A stretch of DNA of 64,000 nt from Saccostrea cucullata (GCF_032062105.1 NW_026918357.1:62001-126000), one strand, 5' to 3'; positions 13,524 to 26,137 are shown, counted from the first letter of the stretch. Notes: generated from the sequence alone by a model not told the origin. Translations and numbers: made by a program.

Positions 13524-16500
13524 TGAATTTCTCGATAAGATGAGATGTGATTTTGACTGAGATATTCGTTAAAAAAGAATGACATTAAGTTTTCTTTCCT
13601 TAAATTTAAAGTTTCTGATTTTTATCACGATATTCTGAACTTCTTTTGTTCAATATGGCTTATAAAAATGCTCCTTCTTTTCGAAACGAAATGCATAAAA
13701 AAATATATATCGTTTTGGCCCCTTGCAACCACTTCTTACATGTACGTAACATATGATCAAAATTTTATAAGATATTGTTGTAAATCGTTAAGATGAATAT
13801 CTGTGCTTCTCATGATGGATACTTATCAAAAAATATTGATCATTAGAGAGTTATAGATAAAAAAACTTTTGGACCCTCTGAACCCCTAATTTGAGGGGTC
13901 AGCCCCATTTTCTGATATCAAATGAAAGGTCTTGAGATTTTGAAGATTTTTGTTGAACATTCATTCAGAGATTTCTATTCGTTGTGGAGATATGCTAAAT
14001 AGAAATATTTAGGAGTCACTTATGTCTTGAATGGTTCAGTTTACAAAAATTCAAAGTATGCATATTGTTTAGAACATTATTCTGACAATCTTTTGATCAA
14101 TATTGCTTATCAAAATATTCCCCCTTTTCGAGATATAAAGCGTCAAAGATTTGACATTCTGGCCCCTTGTGACCCCTAATTACGTAACATATGATCAAAA
14201 TTGTATCATATATTGTTGCCAATTGTTAAGATGAATACTTTTGCTTCAGTAATGTATAACAAAATATTGATCAATAGAGAGTTATAGATAAAAGACTTTT
14301 GGCCCCTCTGAGCCCCTAATTTGAGGGGTCAACCCCTTCTTCTTCATATCAAATGAAAGGTCTTGTGATTTTGAAGCTTTTTTGTTCGACACTTATTCAG
14401 AGATTTCTATTCGTTGTGGAGATATGCTAAATGGAAATATTTAGGGGCCACTCCTACAAGTCCTTAATGGGGTCGTTTTACAAAAATTCAAAGTATGCAT
14501 ATTGTGTAGAACATTATTCTGACAATCTTTTGTTCAATATTTCTTATCAAAATATTCCCCCTTTTCGAGATATAAAGCGTCAAAGATTTGACATTCTGGC
14601 CCCTTCTGACCCCTAATTACGTAACATATGATCAAAATTGTATCATATATTGTTGCAATGTGTTAAGATAAATACTTTTGCTTCAGTAATGTACAACAAA
14701 ATATTGATCATTAGAGAGATATAGATAAAAGACTTTTGGCTCCCATGAGCCCCTAATTTGAGGGGTCAGCCCCTTTTTCTAGATATCAAATGAAAGATCT
14801 TGTGATTTTGAAGCTTTTTTGTTCAACGCTTATTTAGAAATTTTTTATTCGTTGTGGAGATATGCTAAATTGAAATATTAAGGGGCCACTCCTTCAAGTC
14901 CTTAATGGGGCCGTATTACAAAAATTCAAAGTATGCATATTGTTTAGAACTTTATTCTAACCATCTTTTGTTCAATACTGCTTATCAAAATATTCACCCT
15001 TTTCGAGATATGAAGCGTCAAAGATTTAGCATTCTGGCCCCTTGTGACCCCTTATTACGTAAGATATGCTTAAAAAGTGAAAATATGTTGTTGCAAATGG
15101 TCTAAAATTAATTAAAATCGAAAAATAGAGAAGAAAAAGTGATAAAATTTTTTGGACACACGGGGGATCGAACCCGGGTCGCCCGCGTGACAATCCAACG
15201 CGCTAACCATTCGGCCATCGGGATCGCCGCTTCGCGTTTTCAAATGCAAATATCTTGAGATTGGCTTTTTCGATTTTCAAACAAACTACATATTTGGCTT
15301 CTGCAAAAGGGTCTCCATTCAATTCTTAAACAAAAATATTGAAAAAGAAAAGTTGAAAAATTACGTTTTTTAAATTCGCTTCCGGTTTCGACCGGAAGTA
15401 TTGACGTCGCACGAAAAGGCGATTCTGCAACGCTATAAGTCATGAACTATCATCTCCAATTAATCTTCAGTTCATATCTAAAGCAGTTTTCGCTACTAAA
15501 TCAAGACAATATTGCATTTTAAAATCAGAAAATTGTCCATATCTCACGACCGGAAGTGACGTCATCGACGAAAAAAATTTCCAATAAGGTTCAGATCAGT
15601 ACCTATTAGATGTCAAAGTTTCATGAGAATCGGTCCAGTAGTTTACGAGAAATCGCGTGCACAAAATCGGTAAGAAAAATAATAATAATAATAATAATAG
15701 GGAAAAAGAAACCGAAGAATAACAAGAAGGTCTTCCGTTGGAGACGGAAGACCTTAATAATAATAATAAAAGTGAAAAAGAAACCAAAGAATAACAAGAA
15801 GGTCTTCCGCTGAAGACGGAAGACCTTAATAATAAGAAACAGAGTAAAAACAATATGTTCCCCAACTTCGTTTGGGGAACATAATAATAATAATAATAAG
15901 AAACAGAGTAAAAACAATATGTTCCCCAACTTCGTTTGGGGAACATAATAATGTCAATAATATGGACGTCGGAATGCGAATTTTCAAAGCTGAAAGTCCA
16001 AGGTCATAATGTCTGTTTGAAACCATTATTGTATCAGGAAAATAAGAACAACTAACTAAAGAAATTCATGCTTTAAACATGGGAAAACTGAATACTCAAT
16101 ATACTTTAGGATGCATCCACATAAAAATGAATGATCATATCTTTGTTTTTGTTTTTTTTCTAAAATAAAATATCTTTTAATGTTGGTTTACTTTGTTTTG
16201 TGGTCATTCCTTCGCTAGAGCTATGATTTGAAAAAGAACAAAACATAAATCACTTAGATACAGCTTTCTAGATCTGGCCAAGTGGTTTTTGAGAGATATT
16301 TTTTAAAGGATATTTTCTATGAATTCCATTTTTAAAAATTTGATTGTATTTCCACCCTACCCACAGGAGCAAATTAAAATATTAAAATCACATACGCGCA
16401 ATTTAATGAAGACTTCTTTTTTTTGGCCAAGTTACTCAGTTAAAAAATGAATCTGATATTTTGTAATTTTTTATACTGAAAAACAGACTAAACAGACTGA

Positions 16501-17325
16501 AAGAAATGAAATATTTTATATCTTCAACCTCTGTGGATTTCACACTTTTTCTCTTAACTTATTTTTTCTAAACTTGGTACAAACTCAAATCTACCGTCGT
16601 ACCTGTGACTGGGGCCATGAGGGTCACCCTTAATCCTGAGTAATATTTCTTGTTTCCAGGCCATTCCCTGCTAAACACCTGAGTTTCCATTGACTCTGGC
16701 TTCTCCGGGAATCGGTAATCTTCCGGAACCTTGTACAAGTGGGGAAACGCTGTGGCCGCTTTGGCGGAACAACCTTTTAAAAATGGAAGAAAAAATATTT
16801 GAGTTATTCACAAAACAGCCTTTATGACAGATGTCTAACTGACTTCACATTGTTTTACACTGCGTTTCTAAAAATTGTATAAGACCTTTAGTACAAGCCT
16901 ATAAATTAAAAAAGAATATCGTTCAATACAAAAGTATGAGGCCTATTTCCGTGTACCTAGGTTAACATATTAGTTTTAACGTTAAAAAAATGTTACAGTC
17001 GCCAGTTAATTCAAATATTCTTAATTCAATGGGTGGAACAGTGTTAGGCCGTGTATGTGTTCTAGAGTGGCGTGGTAAGGAGGCAATTCTAAAGTCACGG
17101 GTTGAAACCCCCTCCCGTGGGACCGTTCCTTTGGATGAGACCGTATAAACAGAGGTTCTGTGTCGCAGTTGGTACTGGCATGAAATAGATCCCTCACTGC
17201 ACAATGACCACAAGTGCCACGTATAAGTTAAAATTGCAAATCTCCATCGGCAAGTGGTGGCGTCTCCATATGGGTGAAAATTCTTGAGAGGGACGTGAAA
17301 AACAAAAAGATTCAGTGGTTTCATC

Positions 17326-17367
<42 letters not shown>

Positions 17368-20300
17368 CTTACCACTTTGTTTAATGTAATATACGAAACA
17401 GGTGATATTGGGCTGCAAATAAATAAATAAATTAAACCGATAAAAATATAACTATTTGAAAAAATATATTAAGATAGATAAATATGAAAGAAATTATTAT
17501 CTCCACATGTCTCTAACAAGTAGGACAATTATACATTTGAACTTGACTTCATGCTTTCTTCAGATTCTGTAGGCGTGTTTGTAAGTGTCATATGCCACGG
17601 TACAAACTGCAATAAATTTCATCCCATCATAACTAAGAACGAGTAAGAAGAAACAAATGTATAATATTTATGTTCCCCAAACGAAGTTGGGGAACATATT
17701 GTTTTTACTCTGTTTCTTATTATTATTATTATTATTATTATTATTTTTCTTCTTCTTCTTCCTGGGTACTTTTTTGTCCGGGAATGATCTTGTAAACTGT
17801 TCGTCCGAGGTAGGTAAAACCTTTTTAGGGTAAGTAGACATGTTATGCAGATTTGCGGAATCAAGGTCATTTTGCGCGCACGTGCTTGCAAGAGCGCGCA
17901 CGTGCAACACTTGAAATAACCAATATAATAGATATAGTCGGAACTTTTCTATTTTTTGATAAAATGCTTTGAAACTCATAATGTAAGGATACATTAGTAG
18001 TATAGACAAGATGGCATGGTCAAAATAGCAAGATCTCACGCGCATGCACGTGCGCTTTGCTCTGATTGGCTGAAACTAAAGTCTCAATATCTTTCTTGTT
18101 TCTTGTCATAATCTTTTGAAATTTTGAACATGGTCCTACATTATGAAGATCTACAGCAAGACATATTAAAATTTTAATAAAAGCATGCGCATGCGCACGT
18201 GCTGTAATCTGATTGGCTAAAACTTTAAATGGCTATATCTCCTTTGTTTTTTGACGAAATGCTTTGAAATTTAAAACATAGTCATGCACTACGATATCCT
18301 AAAATATGAAATAGAAAATATTCATGAAATCGTGCGCATGCACGTGTGCTGCAATCTGATTGGCTGAAACTTCAAATGGCTATAACTCTCTTGTTTTTCA
18401 AACAAACAGGATGAGATTTAGAACTTGGATAAATATAAGGGACTACTACAAGAAGGTGTAGTCATTATGCACGTGCTTGCACGTGCGTGCACGTGAAATG
18501 AGCAAAATAAAAAATACACTCGAATGAGTGCATTTTTTAATACTTTTGGATTAAATGCTTTGATATTATTAAAATTTAAGATAGTGTAGACAAGATAATA
18601 TGGTCGTTACGCACATGAACACGCGTGCATTGCCTATTTTTTTAATATATTGTATTTTTCTTGGAAGACCTTGATTAAGTCTAAATTCCATAAAGTATTT
18701 TTATTATTTTTTTTCTTCTTCTTCTTCTTCTTCTTCTTCCTGGGTACTTTTTTGTCCGGGAGTGATCTTGTAAACTGTTGATCCGATGTAGGTAAACCCT
18801 TTTTAGGGTCAGTAGACATGTTATGTAGATTTGCGGAATCAAGGTCATTTTGTGCGCACGTGCTTGCAAGAGCGCGCACGTGCATCATGTGAAATGACCA
18901 ATATAATGTATATTGCCTTAACTTTTCTATTTTTTGATGAAATGCTTTGAAACTCATAGTGTAAAGATATATTAGTACTATAGACAAGATGACTTGGTCA
19001 AAATAGCAAGATCCCACGCGCATGCACGTGCGCTTTGCTCTGATTGGCTGAAACTAAAGTCTCTATATCTTTCTTGTTTTTTGACGAAATCCTTTGAAAC
19101 TTTGAACATAGCCATGCATAAGGACATCCTACAAGATGGTATATAGCAATTATCATGAAAACACGTGCATGCACGTGCGCTGCAATCTGATTGGCTAAAA
19201 CTTTAAATTGCTATAACTCCCTTGGTTTTCAACCAAACAGGATAAGATTTGGAACATAGATATATATAATCGACTTCTACAAGAAGGTATGGTCACCATG
19301 CGCAGGCATACACGTGCGTGTACGTGCGCTGCAATCTGATTGGCTGAAACTTTAAACAGCCATAACTCCCTTGGTTTTCAACCAAACAGGATGGGATTTG
19401 GAACATAGATATATATACTGGACTTCTACAAGAAGGTATGGTCACTATGCACATGCATACATGTGCGTGTACATGCGTTGCAATCTGATTGGCTGAAACT
19501 TTAAACAGGTATAACTCCCTTGGTTTTCAATCAAACGGGGTGGGATTTAGAACATAGATAGATGTAATGGACTTCTACAAGAATGTATGGTCACCATGCT
19601 CATGTATGCACGTGCGTGCACGTGAAATGGGTAAAATCAAAAATACACTTGAATGACCGTTTTTTTTTTTTTTTTATATATTTTTGGATTATATTTAGCA
19701 TATTAAAATATATAGATTGTGTAGACAATATGATATGGTCATTACGCACATGCATTCACATGCGCAAGTGTGCAATAATAAAATTTGAATGAACATGGTA
19801 CACTTCTTGGTAAACGTTGTTAAAGTCTCAAATGCGTAGAGTTTGTCTTATTTAATTACGCCTACAGGGAATATGATTACAAAAGGGAGTTGGGGAGCGT
19901 TTGGGGAACATCTGTAACGGTCCCCGTTACAATTAGCACTAGTTTTAATTGGATTTAATTCTTTATTTTTGAAACATGTTTTATGTTTTTTTAAATATCC
20001 ATGCAGCTTTCAATATATTTTGGCAACAGAATATATCATCATAGAACCGAAGTATGGCACGCCAAATTCACAAAAATGAGCTAAACATAGCTTCACAGTC
20101 AATAAACTAGGTATATCGGTTGTAAACTATAGTTTACGGATTGTAAACTATAGTTAACAACGTTTATCTATATTTTACATCTGTAAACCATAGTTAACGC
20201 GATAATCTATGTTTCAGAATCGTAAACTATACTAAACACTAAAAACAATCATTTGCGATTGCAAACCATAGATTATCTGATAAATATAGTTTCACGATTT

Positions 20301-21325
20301 GTAAACTATGGTTTATATCTCTTAATTGAATTTGTAGTTCACGACTGTAAATTATATATTACAGACGTGAATCCATTTTTGTCAACAAAATCTATTGTTG
20401 ACGAATAATTACAGACAGATAAATTTAGATAAGCATACGTAAACTATAGTTACATGTAACAACCGTAAAATATAGTTTTAGATATGAAAAGTACAGTTAA
20501 CGAATTGTTAACTATAGTTCACGGTTTGTAAACTATTTGGTTTGTAGTTTACTGTTTACAGTCGATAAATCTAGTTTATCAACTGTGAAACCATGTTTAG
20601 CTCATTTTTGTGAATTTGGCGTGCCATATATGGCGAGTATCATAACTAACCAACAAATGTGTTGTGGAATATATGCAATGGTACTACTAAAATCCTTCAA
20701 AATATATTAACAAGGAAACATATATTAATGTTGCTATCAATTGGCACTCAGGAAATGAATGAAGTATGCAAACAAAATTAGTCTTGATCATTTAACTGAT
20801 TTCAATTTGTGTGATAAAAACGTCTGAATGATGGAGACAATAGTCGAGACGATTTTCGGGAAGCTTCTAATCGGATGAAAATCGAACAAAAATGATACAT
20901 GAAACCGTTTTAACCTTTTACTTCATCAATACTTAACATATGAATAAGAATTATACAAATGTATCAATTATCATCTGTGATCAAAAATGGACTTTTGTGA
21001 CAGGGCAACATCGTGCATTTTTTAAATGAATTATTCAGATTCATATATTAATTACTTTATTATCTTGGTTTGTGCAAAAATTTACAAGCAAATTACAAGC
21101 AAATTCGTGTGGTGTATTTTAATGAAATATTAAAAGGTAAACAAATAATCCATGTAAATCAAATGCATACAATCTCCCTCTAGAAAATAACATACTTACA
21201 TGAGATGAACACGTCTTGTTAAACCCGATTGTGACTCCATTTACCTCCAAACTTTCGGTTTCTGAATTCGTTATGATCAATATTATCCATAAGCTGGCTA
21301 CAGCATATGCCTGTTTATCCTTCAT
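6873..21325 (-). CDS. IL-17 receptor-like (invertebrate ILCR-1/IL17R-type) ectodomain protein, 8 phase-compatible exons, ~331 aa; 3' end unresolved
   Basis: Exons 21325-21200 (MKDKQAYAVASLWIILIITNS signal peptide), 17412-17373, 16773-16603, 9194-9076 (KGFELIF..CLIFDLS; GC donor CAG|GCAAGT), 8776-8608 (VSRSLPP), 7867-7671 (WVTTIFY..FALGPPEYKFNEYTVSL), 7587-7537 (VFTRLSPGQYVIK), 6993-6873 (IKPYD..CLC..CLACKTTVT). All splice phases join without stops. Family assignment comes from my recognition of FnIII-like and CxC..CxxC motifs, not from a search. Confidence 0.75.
7009..7355 (-). mobile_element. Full-length tRNA-derived SINE (Meta-type central domain) with 14-bp TSD
   Basis: On the minus strand: A box TAGCTCAGTCGG, B box GAGTTCGCATC, central AAAACCGAGGTCCCGTGTC..GGCACGATAAAGATCCCTC, (AATC)n tail. 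TSD TGTAATATAAATGA at 6995-7008 and 7356-7369. Confidence 0.88.
13720..15065. repeat. About 3 copies of a ~437-bp internal tandem repeat inside Helentron C
   Basis: CAAAAATTCAAAGTATGCATATTG at ~14044, 14481 and 14920. TATCAAATGAAAG at ~13916, 14347 and 14784. Confidence 0.8.
15154..15223 (-). ncRNA. tRNA-like Pol III unit (tRNA-Asp-like 3' half; not a foldable tRNA) inside Helentron C
   Basis: Minus strand TCCCGATGGCCGAATGGTTAGCGCGTTGGATTGTCACGCGGGCGACCCGGGTTCGATCCCCCG with A box TGGCCGAATGG and B box GGTTCGATCCC, followed by TTTT and TTTTT runs. Confidence 0.55.
17046..17308 (+). mobile_element. Diverged copy of the tRNA/Meta-type SINE
   Basis: Shares GGATGAGACC..AGATCCCTCAC..GTCTCCATATG.GTGAAAAATTCT.GAGAGGGACG with the 7009-7355 SINE. 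Confidence 0.75.
17328..17364. repeat. (CT)n microsatellite
   Basis: About 18 perfect CT units adjacent to the exon 2 donor. Confidence 0.95.
17668..19944 (+). mobile_element. Family-A Helentron in opposite orientation, with internally duplicated body
   Basis: Starts TTATGTTCCCCAAACGAAGTTGGGGAACAT + (TTA)n and ends TGGGGAACATCTGTAACGGTCCCCGTTACAATTAGCACTAGTT. Reverse-complement homologue of 9491-11650. Confidence 0.85.
20053..20628. mobile_element. MITE with ~58-bp TIRs and internal AAACTATAGTT repeats
   Basis: TATGGCACGCCAAATTCACAAAAATGAGCTAAACAT ... ATGTTTAGCTCATTTTTGTGAATTTGGCGTGCCATA with TA ends. Confidence 0.88.
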
Positions 21326-22479
21326 TTTAAACAGCCTTACCTCTCTGTATTAGTCGAAAGAGAGGCTTTCTATATCAACGCAGAGAGTGAAGCGAAGCAG
21401 TAATCTAATAGGGACTATATTTTTGGTGGAACTGTGGCGTATGAAAATATCCTCTTTTTGCTTCCTATCTACATAACAACGAATTGATTTGAAATATTAA
21501 AACAATCAATGAATAAAAAATTATCTTAATGATTGAAATTAATAGCTATATACCAAAGTTTCAAAATACATCAAATAAATACTAAAAAAAAAAAATAGTT
21601 GTCTTACTTTAAGTATCATCTCATAGTATCATCAGATAGTACTTATTTGGAGAGATATTTTTATTTTTGGACAAAGATTAAAGGAATAAGATATGTGCAG
21701 ATAACGAACAGTATTCAAGATCAAAAGTCCATAAAACAATACAATATAGGAGCAGAGAGAAACACTTATATATGTAATCCTTTGAAATAGTAAAATATAT
21801 TGAATGATTAGCATCAGTATGGTCATGTATTATTTTAATATCACGGAAGAATATAAAGACCTTGACCTGGTTTTGCTCTTAAAATAAAATCTTAAATCTA
21901 TTCTTATTGATTCAATCACCTGATGATAATGGTTTCACGAATCTCTGAAAATTTCATTAAATATTGAATACAATAAATATGAGAGGAATCCCGTCTTCAT
22001 GTTTTGTTTTTTTAAACTGTGATTTTTTTTTTCGTTAACACACATTATTTAGGATGAGAAGACACTTTAATTCTATAAAATTGATTTTTTTCACGCATGC
22101 TGAACAGAAAATGTCAATATTCGGGTGTTAAAGGATTGGTCAACTCTTTTTTTTTCTCTTGAAATATCGACGCTTCTTCCTTTACCCCTACTATGATGTA
22201 AACAGAACTGGAGGAAAATCGCCATGCAGGAGTGCTGTACAACAATATATTATAAAAGTAATGTACGGCACATAAGATGTAGATCTCATCTCAACTTAAA
22301 TATATTTTTTTAAATAATTTTCTTTCCAAAATTAGTAGCATCAAAACGTCAGCAGATTGATTTTTTAAAAATAAATGCTGGTTTTTAGCAGAATGTATTC
22401 AGAAACTTCAACATGAGAAAAAGGAAACGCTTTCTGTGGTATTCAACTCGACATTTAGATATATCGATGACACAATATC

Positions 22480-24190
22480 AATTAACAATAGCTTCTTTAT
22501 CGAAACGAAATTAGTCTTCTTATAGACAAATCAAAATTATCTTACTATAAAACAGGGATTGAACAGAGTTCAAATCCCAAAGAAATGTGGAACTATCTTA
22601 ATCAATTAACATGTACATGTAATTCAAAGAACATAACATCTCCATCGCATGTGTTCTCTAATAGGGAAATTGTTCATAATTTACAGGACATTGCAAAAAC
22701 TTTTAATAAACACTTTACGTATGTATCTAACAAGCTTCGTTTGAAAATGCAAAAAACATGATTATAATCCTAATATATCATGTAACTTTGTTAGGTCTAA
22801 GCTTCATGAGGAAATCTTCTTTAGTATTCATAATATAATATCAATGAATCAGCTGACATTGACTTTATTGTTCCGCGTCTTCTGAAAGCCGCATCTAAAT
22901 ATATATATGTAAACCTATTACTTATCTCAGTTATGCTAGCATTCCCAACAAATTTAAAACAAGCCAACGTAACACCTATTTTAAAGAAAGGTGACAAAGC
23001 TGACCGAATAATTATAGTCCTATAATTTCTATTCTACCAACTGTATCTAAATGGATAGAAAAATATGTAGCTAAGCTACATGTAAATTCATTAATGGATT
23101 TGATCTACTAACACAATCCCAGTCGGGGTTTAGAAAAACTCCATTTTTGTCAAAAATCACTTACGAAACTAACAGAAAGACGACTTATAATGCAATGAAT
23201 CATGGTAAATCAATCGGTATTACATTTATAGATTTTAATACTGTATACACGGTTATTTTCGCCCCGCTTTATTTTCACCCTTTCACCCTTGCATACAATT
23301 TTGCCCCGTTTTAAATTCGCCCACTCACAGTTTTGTTTATGAAATTATTCTGTGTTCTTTGGAATCGCCCCTTTTTAAATTCGCCCAACCGGGGTTAGGA
23401 CGAAAGGGGCGAAAATTTCCCTGTACACAGTAGCGCATTTCATTTGATGAATCATGATATTCCTCTAGAGAATTAATCCATTACAAATTCGACCAAACAG
23501 CTGTAAAATGGTTTAAGTCATATCTGTATGACAGGACCCAGTGTGTTAAATTTTGAACATATGTCTCCAATATCCTAACCGTCACATCAGGAGTGCCACA
23601 AGGGTCAATTTTGGGCCCACTTTTATTTTTATTGTACATAAATGGCCTTCCATTACATGTAAACAATTCAAATATTGATATGTTTGCTGATGATATTACT
23701 CTGTATTCTAATGATCATAATGCAAGATGTTTAGAAAACACTAAATTTAAATCTATGTGAGATTGAGAAAATGGTGTGCTCAAAATCGAATGGTTTTAAA
23801 TTTAGATAAAACAAAATGTATGATAAATATAACACAGCAAAGAAAAATCGAAAATAGATCATCCAAATTTACAAATTCGTGCCTCAGACAAAGCAACTGA
23901 AATAGCCGAAACTGAAAAAAATTCTTGGTGTACATATTGATAACAAGTTACAGTATGCAAATCATATTGATTCAGTTTGTAAAACGGTAAATTATAAGTT
24001 ATTTACTCTCCGTATGATTAAAAAATTTCTCCCTCTACATACCAGAAAACTATATTACAATGCTAATATTTTACCATCTAGTAACTATTGTTTGATTATT
24101 TTTTGTTAATGCCCCCAAGCAGGACAGACTATCTAAATTACAAAAAGGGCAGCAGGGATTCTTCTTGACGCAAGTCCTGATTCTTCCAAT
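22480..24190 (+). mobile_element. Decayed CR1/L2-clade LINE reverse transcriptase fragment
   Basis: Frameshifted motifs [43 protein letters not shown]. Confidence 0.85.
23239..23432. mobile_element. MITE inserted in the LINE RT
   Basis: TIR TACTGTATACAC..TTTTCGCCCC / GGGGCGAAAATTTCCCTGTACACAGTA. Removing it (keeping one TA) restores the FIDFNSAF motif. Confidence 0.85.
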
Positions 24191-26137
24191 ATAATCTGAT
24201 ATTGAGTAAAATGCTAACTGGAGGGGGGAAACTAATTGTTTGGTCATTCTTTACATCTTTATTCTTTAGTTGTCTATGATTTTTCGTTTGTTTTTTTTTT
24301 TGGTCATGACAAAAAGCACATGGCGGGCGTGACCGGTCGGCATAGGATGCTCAGTTTTTGATGGCACCTTATTCTACCTATGATTTGTAATATCTATGTT
24401 TCAAATGTTCTTGATATGTACTGTGAAAATGGACTTCATATTTTCTTTCATTTAAATACTTTAATTTTATTTTGAAATACACATTACCACTTATATGCGC
24501 AAAATATTAAAATAGAAGTAGATTGCTTTATTATTTCTTTAACCGAGTTTTAAACACAAATAGATATTGATATTTGCTACCAGCAAGTTAAAGTACTAGC
24601 TAGTTCAACACCTGTATCACCGCGCAATTTGAATATTTTTGAAATTGATACTTAATATGGACATTCACCTGTGGAATTCTTCATATGCCAGATTTGCTTA
24701 TTGTCTGATTACTTGACTACTTGAGCATTTTTATATCATTCCTTTTGATACAGGATTAAAGCATCTATTGGACAAAAATATTCTGATAGTACACACAAGT
24801 TCTCTAGTGTTGATATTAAAAAGATGCTTGAGTTTATGATTGACCATTTCTTTGAGGTTTTTGTAGACCAGGTCTTTCAAAAGGGAACAATATAGTATTT
24901 TGTGGGCAAATGGAACGATTATTGTAAAACTAAGTCTGGATATATATCATTTATGTATTCTGAGACTATAAATGAACACATGATGACGAACAAGTACTTA
25001 CATACATTTTAAAAACTTTATTTTCATCTTGTTTGCATTTCTTTTTTAAATGATTTAAAATAACATTAAGCATCATTTCTTAAAATGTTAAAGTGAACTA
25101 GGTGAAAAGATAAGAGGAGTAAATCGCTCCAAAATATAATCTACTTTAAAAAGGTGAGTATCATATACTATTCTTAAAACATTTTTTAATATGCATTTAT
25201 AAAACACAGAGAATAAAATATGAGATCACTGCAATTCCCTTGTATTTTCCCACACACTTGGATTTGGATATGAAAATAAAACATCAACTAGGAAGTAATT
25301 AGATGAGTTTTGAGGCCAGCAAATCAGAATTTAATTATGTCAAAAACCATTTGTCACAGCTAAGAACTTAAATTAATTGCACAACTGGAACAATTATTCT
25401 AGTACACACTCAAGTGTTTTTCTTCCCTTTATATTTTGCTGTTGGATTTTTATATTTATTTCATTTTCACGATTAATTAATTTAATCAATCTGATTGTCT
25501 GAGAAATACGTGATATTTTATTAAAACAAAGTAGTGCACATGTTCTATTGAAATAAAAATGAAACCAACATAAAGAACCATACACAATAATGGAGAAAAA
25601 ATGCTTTATGGGCAAGTCACAGTGGTTTAGTGGTAAGGCACTCACTTTCTGATCTTGAATTGGGGTGTGTGTTACATATACAAAAACCAAACCTCTTAAA
25701 ATTGGTCTGCTATGTAAGGAATCGTTCGCTTCGCTTTCTAACACCATTGTTCAGATATCAGAGGTGTTAGAAAATTATGTCAGGCCATGGCTACAATTTA
25801 AGAATGGTACAGTTATTTTATTTTGTTTAAGATGAATATTTTTTACTGAATTTTGCTACTACCTCGAAAACATTAGATTTATTTAGTTGTCCATGTAGGT
25901 CATAATAAATAATGAAGGAATTTAGTCATATAAAGCAAAATCTTTCAGACACCTCTAAGCTGTTTAATTGCTATGTCCAAAAGGTAATACACAAATAGTA
26001 TTAGCATTTTAATAAACATTATAAAGAACACTAAAGCATACTTTTTATAGATGTTTTATGGGTCAGAACAAGAAATGCATTATTTTATGCAATGTTAAAT
26101 ATTAGAAATAGGAATGCTGTAGTATCCTCTTATGCTT

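Larger units (their letters stand above)
9491..15947 (-). mobile_element. Nested stack of five non-autonomous Helentrons (HINE/DINE-1-like): A1 9491, A2 10560, B1 11652, B2 12574, C 13481; opposite termini clustered at 15701-15947
   Basis: Each left end has AACTAG + hairpin + subterminal repeat (CTAGTT 3' end on the minus strand). Each body ends in (AAG)n/(AAT)n. Palindromic opposite termini lie at 15727, 15799 (AAGGTCTTCCG..CGGAAGACCTT) and 15854, 15918 (ATGTTCCCCAA..TTGGGGAACAT). Confidence 0.85.

Noticed and set aside
15154-15223. Functional tRNA-Asp gene
   Set aside because: Acceptor and anticodon stems do not pair.
17530-17566. Possible micro-exon in IL-17R-like intron 1
   Set aside because: Its open frame is not phase-compatible with exon 1, and exons 1 and 2 join directly.
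10113-19792. ORFs up to 145 aa with poly-R/K/L/I/N tracts
   Set aside because: Translations of non-autonomous Helentron bodies and microsatellites. No Rep or helicase motifs.
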